Shown here: positions 26,917-39,448 of the stretch, piece by piece
How positions within the stretch are numbered: position 1 is the first letter of the stretch
How the letters are laid out: each line of letters opens with the position of its first letter
Source: Octopus sinensis
Lineage: Eukaryota
Direction: 5' to 3'
DNA length: 64,000 nucleotides
Assembly (NCBI RefSeq): GCF_006345805.1
Contig: NW_021835997.1
Coordinates: forward strand, 1-64,000
The notes under the pieces: generated by a model
The model's input: only the letters and a program-made list of their open reading frames with translations
Told to the model about the DNA's origin: nothing
Database searches by the model: none
Program-made: the position numbers and the translations under genes

Positions 26917-27300
26917 TTGTTGTTGTTTGTTGTTGCATAACCCCGGTCTCACATTAGGGTATGAGACCGGCGGCTAGCAGAAACAACAGCGCTTCGCGGG
27001 TTGCTCCCAAAGGACCTCGGGGGAGTGGACAGCAAATTTCCTGCGGACAGGAGGAGAACAGGCAGCGGAAAAGGTGGTCAGTTGAGTGATCTTCGGCACA
27101 GCAGAGGTTGCATACCGGGGAGATCACGACGTTCAATGAGTGAGCGTAGGAGTTTAGTGAGTGGTGATGGCCCGAGCGGAAACGAGCATGGTTGATCTGA
27201 GCGGAACGCTCCAGAAGCATTTCGGATGGGTGAACTTCCGGAGGAAGTTTGTTGAGGACAGAGTTAGGCTTCAGCCTTAGAATGAGACGACGTTGAAATG
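26917..27300 (-). mobile_element. 5'-truncated I/Jockey-like LINE 3' end with (CAA)n tail
   Basis: ARFRSGHHHSLNSY...SPVCNLC...STDHLFRC (C-terminal CCHC), stop at 26954, then a caacaacaaacaacaacaac tail. Confidence 0.8.
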
Positions 27301-30300
27301 AAGTGTAGCCCTTGTGTGTGTTAACACAGATCTGCTGGCATCCACCGTTGTCCCTGAGACATTCATTGTCATCTATATATGTATCGGGGTAGTCACCCAC
27401 GCACTCATTCATACTCTCTCTACAAATCCCCCCATGCACTGGCATCTGTAGAACCCCTCAGTATTTATGCATTCCGTGCTGTTTGCCCGACATGGGTTAT
27501 CTGTCAAACATTCGTTTATGTCTGAAAGTGGCCCAAATGCCATTACCAATGCATTTGTCGACGTCCAGTTTATACCCACGCGAATATGACTCCTCATTCC
27601 CGCAGTCTGTCGAGTTGACACATTCTTCAATACTCACTAACCACTACCCTCAGAACACGGGTACATCAGGCACGAGTTGTACACCACTTGGCAACGCTCC
27701 CCCGAATACCCCTCCCTGCAGACACACTTTTTTTCTTTTACCATTCCCCTCCAATCGCACCACCCCCCGTTCAAACAGTCGCACAGTAATACTCGCGGTT
27801 CCTCCACCTCAGTTTGCCAAGTAGCCCCTTCCCACTTGGTTGTTTCCAGAGTCACGTTTTTAACAACCGTCATGTTGTCTATTACGGACACGTGGATTTG
27901 GGGCACGCGCACTTTGGTTCGGCACTCCACGTGGACGTAGTCGTTGAGGACAACTCGCAGAGTGGCGTTGCAGAACAATATTTTCTCCATTTCTACCCAA
28001 ATTAGTTCACATTGCACTTGAAATGATCACTTTCTTATCAAATCTGTGTAGAAAGGCGTCGAACTGACTCCTCAGGGACGAAAGTGTGGGGAAACACTCG
28101 CCCGAATAGTCTTTCTTGGGACAAAGATTGTACTCATTGTCCCCTTCCACAAGAATTTCGTCCAATAGATCGAGTATATCCTCATTAATGGTGAAGACCC
28201 AGCCAAGCTCATACAGAGTGATGGAAACTTGGTGTCCGATCAGAATTGTGACGGACGTGGCTATGATTGAGAAGACGTGTTTTCCGTTTAATTGGGAAGT
28301 GGAACCGTTATTAGGTATTTCGTATAAATATAGAGTCTGGTCGTCGTGGATTGCTATTCGGAGGACTGCTGTTCTCAACTCTGAAGAAAAATTGACTTGG
28401 AAACGGAAATTGCGGGACAGTGCTCCTTCGAGAACAACGAATTGTCCGACCATCTTGGAAATGTTTTTTCTCAAAGAATAAACTGTGCCATCCGCAAATA
28501 TAAATCCTAAGTCGGTGAATAGTCAATCCTACCGTGTAACTGCCCCACTCGCCGAACTGACTTAATGAACGGCCTGAGACTGAAAAATTGTGTGCACAGA
28601 CTCGGATAGACACAGCACTTGGCGTAGAATGACCTGTCCTTGTCCAATTTCTAACACTTAAACTGATCGTCTACCATCACGCCCAAAGTGTCGAATCCGT
28701 CTGAATATTCGCCGTGTGCGACAAGCGAGTGGTGAATCCGGTCATAGCAGCACGTGACTTTCTCTTCTGACATAATAACCACTCACTTACTCATGTAAAG
28801 ACCCACTGTCACGTCATCGTAGCACTTTATGTTTTTGTTCTCTGCTGACAACAATTTGAATTCGGATTCCATGACTTGTGCTTCCGTGAAGGGACAGGAC
28901 AAGTCTTCGGCATTCACTTTATTTTCCTAACGTGAAAAATCATCAATCACTTTTATCCACCGGTTGCAGTCGACCATGTCCTCATTCTCCGTGAATGAGA
29001 CCACCGTTTCGCATTCATTGCTGCTTGTTTGGGAGACATTTATATTCGTTGGAATATTGGTCATGTTCTCCCATTTGAAAGCATTGCCTGTCCGATAAAT
29101 CAGTCCCATCTTCGCCCCATTCTGCGGAGTCACCCTGCCAACCTCCCCCAACAGAGTTACGTAGTGTGGGTGCACCACTCATATTTCTCAAGTGAGTATA
29201 AAATGAACAAATCGTAATCCTTGAGCACCATAGTCAGGGTAAAGGATTCCCTCTATTATTCAGACCGAGTGAGACCACTTGATTGTCCGGATAATGTATG
29301 TTGGCGATGGACATGTCTTTCCACACAATTCTGGCTGAGAAGTTGACGTAGTCCAATCCAAGTTTGTCAGAAATGTCGGTGGGAAAATAAACTGCCACCT
29401 GTGAGAGATTATTAGTCACGAGCACATGGCCTTTCTGGGAATCGTAATTTGCCCACGAAGCAGCCACCATTCCCACCAGGTCTTCAATAAGTGAGAGTCC
29501 TTTTTCCAATTTCCCAAAGTCTTGTACTTCATGCAAGTCTTCGGTCATCGAAAGAGGCCATTCGGACTTGAGAAGTAGAACAAACCCATTTCTAGACACC
29601 TCGACGTGACTTGCCCAAAGAATACTTCAAATCCTTTAATCATGGGACTTTGTTCCAATTTGACTTTATACGGGAATTTGACATATTTCTTCCAAATGCC
29701 AGTTTCTTGCAACACTGAGGCTTTTTTGGATGCTTTACCTACGATTGAACAGTCGTCACCAATGGCAAATAAACCCCCGACCATTGTTAGTAGTCGAGCA
29801 GAGTCTCCCGAACTCAACTCCGCAAGGGTCCGAGTCACAAAAGTGGAAATCTGAAAATGAAAACTCATGTGACCAGCTGAGCAGGGAGAGGAATGACACG
29901 TTTTGTAGTCGAAAAGTGCACCTTCTCCAACATGTTGTGTGCAGTCAATCTGTTGGTGGCCGATGAAGCACTTCCTGGTTCTCTGGGAGTATCCCACGCC
30001 ACAGTCCGAGATGCACTCACTCCAACTACTCCACGGACTCATTATCGGCCATTCTGAAATATTGACTCGAGTCACCCAATTCACAGTCTCGGCCATAGAA
30101 CTGTGCATTGCAAAGACATTGGTGTCCCTCCGACAACTCGACGCACTCTCCGTTGTTACTGCAACTGACGGACTCGCAGTCGTTCACTTCTAGAAATGAG
30201 TATTGCATGAACTTGTGCACTCGAATCCTTTCCCTTCGAAGCCATGACTGCACTCACAAACATACGAGTCCATCACTTTACTGCATTTCGCATTCTCGTC

Positions 30301-32648
30301 GCAAAGATTCTTACATTTGTTTATTTCTGGAATATGTCTCATCATCACCTTCACAGAATGTCTTGTTTTGTCTGGTCACTCGTGCATAGCCGTCCACACA
30401 CTTGCAAGCGAACGACTCGGCTGTGTCCTCGCAGTACGCTCCGTCTATTTTCAGACATTCTTTCGCACCACCACTTGCACATTTGGCGCCAAAATGGGTG
30501 ATTCAAAATATACTTTTTTTTCCGTCAGCACTAACAATGCACTTGTAACCTTTCCCGCCGTAGGGCGAAGAATAAGTTTTTGGACTCGAACGCACTTTGC
30601 CCCACGATTATTTGCCAAGTCAATATCAAAGTGAGCGTATTCTTGAAAAGAGATGTCACCGTTTGTTCACAAATAATGAATGTTGCTTTGTTTAGTCCAA
30701 TTTTGAATTCTTCTATGTTTAGCTTGGAGTGGTAGTATTTGCTTGTCATCTACGCTCGACATGCACATATCACCAATGTGTTCTTCCATTCCTCTCCCAA
30801 CTGGGCGAGTACCACCGAGTAGTTCCCTGCGCGTGCGCTGAGAACTGGACGGAACGCGGATTTATGGAAACGGACGAAATCGAACGAGAATGCGGTCATT
30901 TCTGCCATAATTCCGAAAGGCTCGTTCGGCCTCACAACACTCCTGTTTGGTCGGAATTGGAATTTCTCGACCCTCAAATCCACCCCCACTGACGTGTTAG
31001 TAGAACAATACGCGGACACGTCGGATTTTCCGAGTTTTTGACGACAAGGACTTTACCCACTTTCCCCCAAACCCCCAGATCACAGTCAATGTGGTTCTCC
31101 AAGTCCTTTACGCAAATGTCCGGATGGTCGGACATGTTTAAATCAAAGTTCGCTAAAACTCCGGTCTCAATCCTGCCAGAATAAATGAGTCTGTTGTTGG
31201 GCGTCAGTCTGCACTAAATGTGAACGGAGAGGTAAAAACCTTAATTGGTATGGGACGGAATGTTTTGGTGATGAGAGACAACTCATTGTGGCCAATATTA
31301 AGAGTATTATTCCCGTTAATTATGACTGCTGCTAACAGGTTTAGTTAATACTGCTCAGTGAAATAGTTTGCCGGCGTTCTCGGCTTTTCCTCACTTGCAA
31401 TGGGCGGACATAAGTATTCGACGCGTAATACAAGTTTTCGGGGTCTTTGACGTCCTCTGCCATTGCACAGAACACGACAACGAATGCATTTTCAATGTCA
31501 AATCTCCCCCGGCATTTGGTCCGCTTTAACTTCATTTTCCCACGACTTTTCTTCATTTTGACTCGATCGAGAACAAGCGTGGTGACTGAAAGTATTTCCC
31601 ATTAAATGTCACGTGTGTTGTAGTCGCTGTCCACAATCAATCCGCAAACACTGAGAATGTACTGGCTCTGCAATGGGTAGAACGTGGTTTCGTAGGAAAT
31701 GCACATTTGGTCAAAATTCTCCTCAAAATGAGTTAACAACAACTCGACTCGAACTACTCAATGCAGGATCAGTGGCTTACATTTTCGACACATCTTCACT
31801 TTTAATGTCCGTTTGTTCTTTAAGACAATCGCCGACCGTTTATTATTAGCCACCAAATTGAGCGAGAATGAGTGGTATGCGCATTTTGTCTGCTGTTGGT
31901 TGAAGATGGCTGTGAAATTGATGTTGTTGTGAAGAGTCATGGAAATATATTCATTTCTACTTTGTTTTTCGCTTGTATTGGTCTAAATAAACCACCCAAT
32001 CTCCCACAATTTTGTATTCCACTCTATTTTTGTCACCGGTAATGCGCAATCCGTAGAACGCATTCCACTTCGAGTTGCAATATTGTAGACCTGATTCTTT
32101 GGATGCCATTTCGAAGCATCTGAGACGAATAGCAATGTCCGAATTTTTCCATTTGATATTTTTGAATTTGGTTATTTCAAGTGACAAATATGACAATCCT
32201 GTGATACATCACAGCACTACCACCTGGTGCGCAAGACAACTTATTTGCAATGGAAATACATTTGTAAGCCAATTCCCCCTTCAATGTCGACACTCGTACA
32301 CAAAAATATCTGATTTTACTGCACTGATTTTTTTTCACTGACAAATACGCGTTAAACTTCAAGACCCGAGATGATCTACCTACACATTTCGCAACATCAA
32401 CAACTCTTTAGTTTGCTTGTTTTGTTAGTCAATGATATTTCCTCAGCATCAGCACTGTCTTGTTTGAAGTAAGTGGAAATGGATGTGATAGTCGTTGTAT
32501 TACTATCGAACACAAGATAACCTCTGTTATACTTGTAATATGGTATAACTAAGTCATTCCTCAATTTCAACTCTAATGTCCATTTAGTGAGGCAACTTTT
32601 TATTATGAGTGGACTGCTTTGGAGAATTAAAAAAAGAAACAATTTCAT
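27300..32648 (-). CDS. Secreted multidomain EGF / Ca-EGF / TSP1 protein, possibly with LamG-like segments; 3' end broken by LINE
   Basis: Hydrophobic N-terminus MKLFLFLIL at 32648. EGF repeats include NDCESVSCSNNGECVELSEGHQCLCNAQFYGRDC, INECLTDNPCRANSTECINTEG and NECLRDNGGCQQICVNT. TSP1: WSSWSECISDCGVGYSQRTRKC. The last EGF is cut at GYT and fused in frame to LINE sequence. Linkage of the 31.3-32.6 kb exons is inferred. Confidence 0.7.
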
Positions 32649-33117
32649 AAACCGTGTGCTCCTTATTCTACAACGGTCCAGCTAAATAGTAATTAAATTG
32701 CCTCGGGCACAGAAAAAGGCATTCTCCCTAATGGTCTCTTCTACTTGGAGCACAACTCAATATTGATAAAATTAATGAGCTGTACGCTTTCTTTAAGAAG
32801 CATTTGGGTCTCAAACATCCGTAAACAAATATTTATATATACATAAATATGTATGTTATATTTAATACTTAAAAAATCAAAATATAGTTCATACTAATAA
32901 GGATATTCGCCGCCAGTGAAAAGATTGGCTTACAATTTCCTCGGAGAAGGGTAAATGAAATCGATTGGAATGGCCAGCTGGTAATATATATTATATATTA
33001 TTTCAAAATATATACAGTTTTGTTGATTGGATCACATAATGATACTTTTCCTGCCTAGATTTATTCACATTAGATAATTTTAGTGGTGTATGCTTGTTGA
33101 CATGTTTAGGCTGATTG

Positions 33118-33554
33118 ATGGCACGAACCAAGCACACAGCACGCAAATCGTCGGGAGCAAAGGTGCCAAGAAAGCAGCTGTCAGTGAAAACTGCCCGTAA
33201 AAGTGCTACTGCGGCAGCAGGACTCAAACGCCCGCGAAGATTTCGGGCGGGAGCGTTGGCTATGAAGGAAATAAGACGATACCAGAAAAGCACGGACTTG
33301 CTGATAAGGAAGCTTCCCTTCCAAAGATTAGTGAGGGAAACAGCACAACACTACAAGACTGATTTGAGATTCCAAAGCTCGGCCATTGGGGCACTCCAGG
33401 TTGGACTGGTGGAGTAATTGGGTAGGAGGCATCTGAGGCGTATCTCGTCAGTTTGTTTGAGGATACAAACATGTGTGCTATTCATGCGAAACGAGTGACC
33501 ATTATGGTATCCGACATTCAACTCGCCAGGAGGATTCGTGGGGAGAAGGCTTAG
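33118..33554 (+). CDS. H3: Divergent histone H3 variant (H3.3-like), one 26-nt intron
   Basis: [45 protein letters not shown]...[10 protein letters not shown]...[10 protein letters not shown]|[42 protein letters not shown]; intron gttggactggtggagtaattgggtag. Confidence 0.95.
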
Positions 33555-33797
33555 TTCATTCACTTTTTATTTTATTCATTCTATTCGGATTATTCCTTGA
33601 ACTAGTGTAAAGTCATATTAATCGATGGACTGGTAGGGGTACTGTAGATGATTCTATGTATTATGGACTTGACCTCCTCTACAAAGCCAGGGAAGGAGGT
33701 GCCATCCCTACTCACTTGGAAGGTCAGGAGGGTGGGATTAATTGAACAAGTAATTAGAAAGCCAAAATAGACAACTCTTGATTAGGGATAGGAAATG

Positions 33798-36685
33798 TTA
33801 ATGAACCTTGTACTTAATGAAGGGAAAGTCAATGTCCTGAGAAGAGTCAAGGAGAGTACAGAGGACATCGAGGACGATGAATTGGACATAATCGGGGATA
33901 CCCTCGTCGAGAACAGACCTGACAATATCAGTGATTCTACAAGCGTGAAAGAAAGTGTTACTCCATGGCCATACGAGTGCGCTGTTTGTCCTTGTTCATG
34001 AAGAAGGAATATAAAGTGGCATTTCCCTGAGACAACACGTCGACGTTGACTCGATACTCGTCCCTCAAGTACTCGAACAATTGGGACAAAGTCATTTTAT
34101 GAGTGATCTCAATGCGATCCCACAAAGTCCAGGCAAACTGGTCATACTAAGAATGAACAAAGAAGGCAACCTTGGAGACAGGACACTTGATTGGAGTGCA
34201 CTTGAGCAACTGGTTGACAGTCGTGTCCACGAATATGCTCGAGTAGGACTCCAAGTCAGTCATGTTCTGCACAATCTTGTACAACTCCAGGCACACCAAT
34301 CCCACCACCAGAGAAGTGGTTGTCGCCATTGCCGGGACTATTTTCCCCGACACGAATCGAGCATTGTAGACCGTCGTCGGTTCGATTCCGTAGTTCTGTG
34401 CTCGCAGGTTGGCCACACACGTCAAAAACTGGGCATGCACATCGTCGTCCTTGTCGTACTGCAGAGGAGTGAGAGTGACCCCGCTCTTGTCCTCCACCAA
34501 ACATTTTTCCAAGTCCTCCCGACTCATCCCCCCGGGTCAACAGGCTGCTGGTCATCCTCGCCAATCTCGAGTCCCTCCTGGGGAGTGAAGACAGGGACTG
34601 TGAGTGACTGGAGTATGTCCACGACGGGAGTGGACTGAGGGACTATTCCCAAGGACTGTGCTCGGAGGTGTGCGGCGAGAGTGATATACTGTATGTGAGT
34701 AGGCTGGGATGAGGAAAGGAGAGTACATTGGCGACATCGAAGGTGATGGGGGAAGGACATCGTTTGGGGGGAGCCCAGAAGGGGAGTCCGTGGATGGTGG
34801 TCTGTGGATGTGTGGGTGGGGAATACGTGATCGGGGGGGAAGTTGTGGAGTAACTGTGAAATATTGTTGGTAAAGTGGTCATGGAACTGTCGGAAGGCCC
34901 AGGAGACGCAGGAAGGCCAGTCAAAGGAGGCGTGTAGTGGGTAGACATCCTTGAGAGCGAGGACAAGTGGATGAGAACAGAGGAGTGGAGGAGAAAGAGT
35001 ATATTTGTGGGCGGCCTCGATCTGGTTGTAGAAGACCCCGCGGAAATAGTCGAGGGCGAACTGAATGCAATGTTCAATGGAGTTGGGGAAGTGTCGGACA
35101 GTGCAGAAGGCAAAGTCGTGAGTGATGGGGTCGTTGGAGGAGTATGACTCGGTGAGGTGGGGAATGACAGGCTGGCAGTGCCCCCTTGTTCCGTGAGTGC
35201 CCGAGTCGATCATGGGGAGTCGGTAGTACACGCATTTGAGATCGACAAACTTGCGTGCGTCAAGTCTGTCGAGGGCAGTGAGGACCAAGTCTAGTCGAGC
35301 GTAGAACTGGTCGTTGAAATAGAAATCAGTAGGATGGCCGACTTGATACTCCAATGCCTGGATGTTCATGTCCTTGTTCAGTTCCTTGATTGCTCGAGCT
35401 GCGGTGGTCGATTTAGGGCGCATCATATCGGTGGAACGGAAGAGAAATTGTCTGTTGAGGTTGGACCTCTCGATTCTCTCCATGTCGATGACCCAGGTAG
35501 TGCCGGGACCACAACTCATTCCCATCATTGCAAAGTTTTTGAGGAGTTCACAGCCAATGGCGCCCATGCCGACGATGAAAGTGTTGAGGGACATGAGTCT
35601 GTTCTGTACTTGGTCGCCAAAAAGGATGGACTGGCCAGCATATCTATTGCCGGGGGTGTACTCGACCTTGTCGTGGGACACACAGGAGAGAGCGTCGAAG
35701 TAGAACCACTGGTGGATGGGAGTGAACTTGCCGGTGCATCCCTTGATGACTTCCTGAGCACACAGACTCCCAATGACTGCGTCCATGGGGCAGAGGCGTG
35801 CTCCACAGTAATAAGAGAATTGGTTGGAGGAGGACTGGGCCAGGTGTTGGAAGGCACGAGTATCAGTCTGGTGGAGAAAGGGGGAATACCTCATCCCTGA
35901 CTGAGGGCATTCGGTGATAAGTCTGGACGAATAATTCGAGAGTGCGGAAGCCTGAATGAGTGGAGGCATATTCGGAAGGACAGTCGTCCAATGAAGTGAG
36001 GAGGGAGTTCTACAATGAGGGGGAGGCCTACGAAGGACATGACCACGGGCACTTTGACAGCCCTGACTACTCCTCCTCCCTCGTACTTGCCGAAAGAGGC
36101 ATCAATGGAGAAGGACGAACTGCCTGAATGATGAGTGATGGTTACTGATGAGTCGGATGGGCATCGGGGGATGCTCGTTTATTCCATTCATTCCTTTCAC
36201 TTGGGAAAACGTGATCAGACTGTCGTCGTCCATGTCGAGTGGGTGGTCGTCGTGGACTAACACCACTCCATTCTACACTCACAGAGCACAGTACTTGGTC
36301 AATACACGTCACCACAGAAGGGCGAGGAACAATCCCGTTCGTGTCATACACTGTGAAGGCCTCCCCAAAGTCGCAGAATATTTGTCTGACAATCACACCA
36401 CTCACCAACCCAAACACGCCCAACGAATTACACAAAATGAAGAGAATATTCGCCCCACGACACCACTCATTTCGATGTTGTCCGTCACCACCACCATGCT
36501 ATACTCACTCAACACTTCCATAGTCAACTCCCCCGTCCTACACTCCACCACCACGTTCTCGTTCAGTTCTCTCAACCGTCCCACACACGCACTCGCTCTG
36601 TTCTCCCCCACACTCCCCCCGTAAAACTACTCCATCACTACTCACTCTCACTTGGCTCGACAGGTCCTCATAGAATATTCTAACT
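33798..36685 (-). pseudogene. UBA1: Ubiquitin-activating enzyme E1 (UBA1/UBA6-like), N-terminus missing, with apparent frameshifts
   Basis: DLSSQ|F, IVGMGAIGCELLKNFAM, SNLNRQFLFR, catalytic FCTVRHFPNSIEH, GKIVPAMATTT, WTLWDRIEI and a complete UFD ending KYKVH*. About the first 100 aa were not found; frame breaks near 36470 and 36000. Confidence 0.85.
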
Positions 36686-37028
36686 CATTTTTTAGTAATA
36701 GTGTTCGAAATTCCGTCAGGGTTCCATTTCTTGCTGCATGAACATTGTTATGACTCATAGCACAAGCCTTGGTCTACCAGAAAATGCTAGATTATCTGAT
36801 TTCTTTTTTTCCTTTGTGAATGCGTTAATCCAAATGAACAATAGTTTTTTACGACAGGATGTATACACCATGTTAAACTTGCATTGGAGTATTTTTAGAT
36901 TAAGATCCTACGGGTAGTGATTTTAGAGGTCAGAGTGGGCAATAAATGAACAACTTGGGATTTATATTGTATTTAAATACTATTAAGAATTATCATAATA
37001 ATTTAAAAATATTATATAAATTTATTTG

Positions 37029-38487
37029 ATGAAGTATTTTACCTTGCGCAATCAGAGACTAATCAAAATCGTTGGCAACTTCTCTAGAAAATCTCTGGCA
37101 GTTGGAGACACTGACAACGACTCGGTATTTGCAGATCAATCTATAATTAGAGAGACGAGATTGTCGTCGGCAGTTTACAAGGAACATTAATGATCTTTAA
37201 AGGCACTGACACGTTTCCAAATTACAAACTCTCAGACTTGGGCTTTGTTATAAATTAACATATTTATAGATTTATATAATTCTTATTGGAAAGGCAGCCC
37301 CGGAAAGTCTATAATTGTTATACTGACAAACTGACGGACTCGCTCAAATAATCAGGCATAAACAACGAAAGACAGTACTTAGGCGTCAGCCAACATTTTA
37401 GAGTCCGTACTCGGCCAATCTATCTTAACTACAAACGAGTCGCGGTACACGACTTAACTCTGCTCCAAAGTCCGCCGTCCTTCGATACATTGGTGGACAT
37501 TTTTTGTCATCTTTCAGAGGCCGAGAAAAAGCTGAAGTTAATACTGCAGCACAAAAACGATAAAATGTTGATATATAACGTTGATAATTACCATTTACAA
37601 AAATAAGATCAATTCCTATTCCAATGGAGGTATGGGAATTTATTTACTGCAAGATCTCTTCATTTACTCTTCACGATAAAAAGACTTGTCTTCGGTTGTA
37701 GCATTTCGCCTCAAATCCTCGAGTTGAATGAGCACATTTTTCCTCCAAAAAAGGACTCCCAGCCATCCGAGAGATGAAAAATATTCCGATTGTTTCTTTC
37801 GTTGATATATTCAGACCAGAGCTCAATGACGGTGACCCCAAGTTGTCATACCTCCCAAGCGATACCAGAATTCTGGGCGATATTTGCTATGATGAAGACC
37901 GAAAAAGATTGGCTTGTGTCACCTGTGATGGTAGTTTCCCTCTTTGATATTTGAAGGCAAGTTTTACTTAATCGAAAACAATTGGTCATTTCTTCCTCAA
38001 TTTTGTCTCCAATCACCTTAGATTTGCAGAAAATGACTAATATGGTGCGAGAGTAGTCATTTAAATACAGTCAATCATCGATAATATTCCCAAGAAGCTG
38101 ATGATGTTTATATTTGTACTCGAGATGGCAACCTTAGTGTTATTTGTGCAGATGGATCTCAATGCTGCTCGAAATTTAATCAGCAAGTTTTATCGTTCTG
38201 TTGGTTTGCCTTTTTAGTTATTTTTTTCAAAGGACGTTATAGACTTTGTGGGCATGATATAAATCCCACTTTACTCTATATTGGGACTGACGGATATTTG
38301 AGAATTTTCATTGATTTTGCTGATGGATATTCCCTTGTGGCGAGAATCGGTCTATATGTCGGTTACTTGTCTCAAATCCGAAAATTTATGAGTTTTTAGA
38401 AAAAAGTATTTTTCATATTTTAGCTTTCCAAGAAAGTATTCTAAAAGAACACTAATGAAGATTATTTACAAAACACATAATATGTAA
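37029..38487 (+). CDS. ITFG2: ITFG2-like (KICSTOR subunit) FG-GAP beta-propeller protein
   Basis: MKYF...GNFSRKSLAVGDTDNDS|RDEIVVGSLQGTLMIFK; later LACVTCDG, YICTRDGNLSVI and SFC.GRY...PTLLYIG follow ITFG2 motif order; 3' end approximate, reading-frame integrity not fully verified. Confidence 0.65.
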
Positions 38488-39448
38488 ATAAGTCATTTAC
38501 ATTCGATCTTTGTATAGGATAATCGAAAAAATACAGAACTAGTTTCAGGGCATAGTGGGTTTCAGTCGCTTGAGTATCTTTCAAAAGACATGATTTGATC
38601 ATCCGAGTTTATTGCGACGCTCACTGAAATTGTCTGAAGGACAATGAGTTGGATCTATTGAACCTTAGTCTTCAAACCCGCTTTTCTTTAATCTCCAGGA
38701 GCCGTTGCCCTTATCTTTTAGAATTTACAACACTCTCAACTATTTCTTATTACATCCACTAGGACCTTAATCGGAAACGTCTTTCCCAGAATCTTCGAAT
38801 CTGATTGAATCAGTGCCTAACAAGAATTTGGGAGGTTATCTTTGACTAGTGCTTCTCCTTTTCTCAACCTATTGATTTCACATGAAGTCAAGTCAAACGC
38901 AAACAAAACGTCCTAAAAGCCATATTGGGCCAATTGTTTGGTCAAGCAATGGAAAACTTACTAATCGTATATAAAGAAATGTGTTAATTACAATTTCTCA
39001 ACAGCCCACAATCTTAACATCGTGTTCCTCTGTCAAGGAACGAAAAATATATCATCGCCACTCTTGCCAACCAGTTGAGACTACTCTCAAATATACCTGC
39101 CCAGAAAAACGGATCAACTATGTCAAAACATATAAACAACCACATTTCTACTCGGGCTATCAAATATCAGACACCGCATCTTCCCCTTATCGATGAATCC
39201 GAATCATTGCTATGCATTGAGCCAACCTCTTCGTTAGCAAAACAACCAATTTAACTTTACTGGATTTCAAATTTATTATCAATCAAATAAAATTCCAATT
39301 CAAAGCTGTAAATTATCGTTTCATTTTTTCCTTGAAACCCAGTTGGGCATACAAGTTTTTTGCTAAATTAGAAAAAAATAATTCCAAAATCAATAAAACA
39401 ATTCAGTATAACACAATCAAAAACAAGCATCAAAATCACTCGATAAAC

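Noticed and set aside
33118-33554. Centromeric H3 (CENP-A)
   Set aside because: Canonical tail length, Q68/F84/T107 retained, no loop-1 insertion
34081-36624. Long plus-strand ORFs (185, 188 and 158 aa)
   Set aside because: Antisense shadows of the GC-rich UBA1 coding strand
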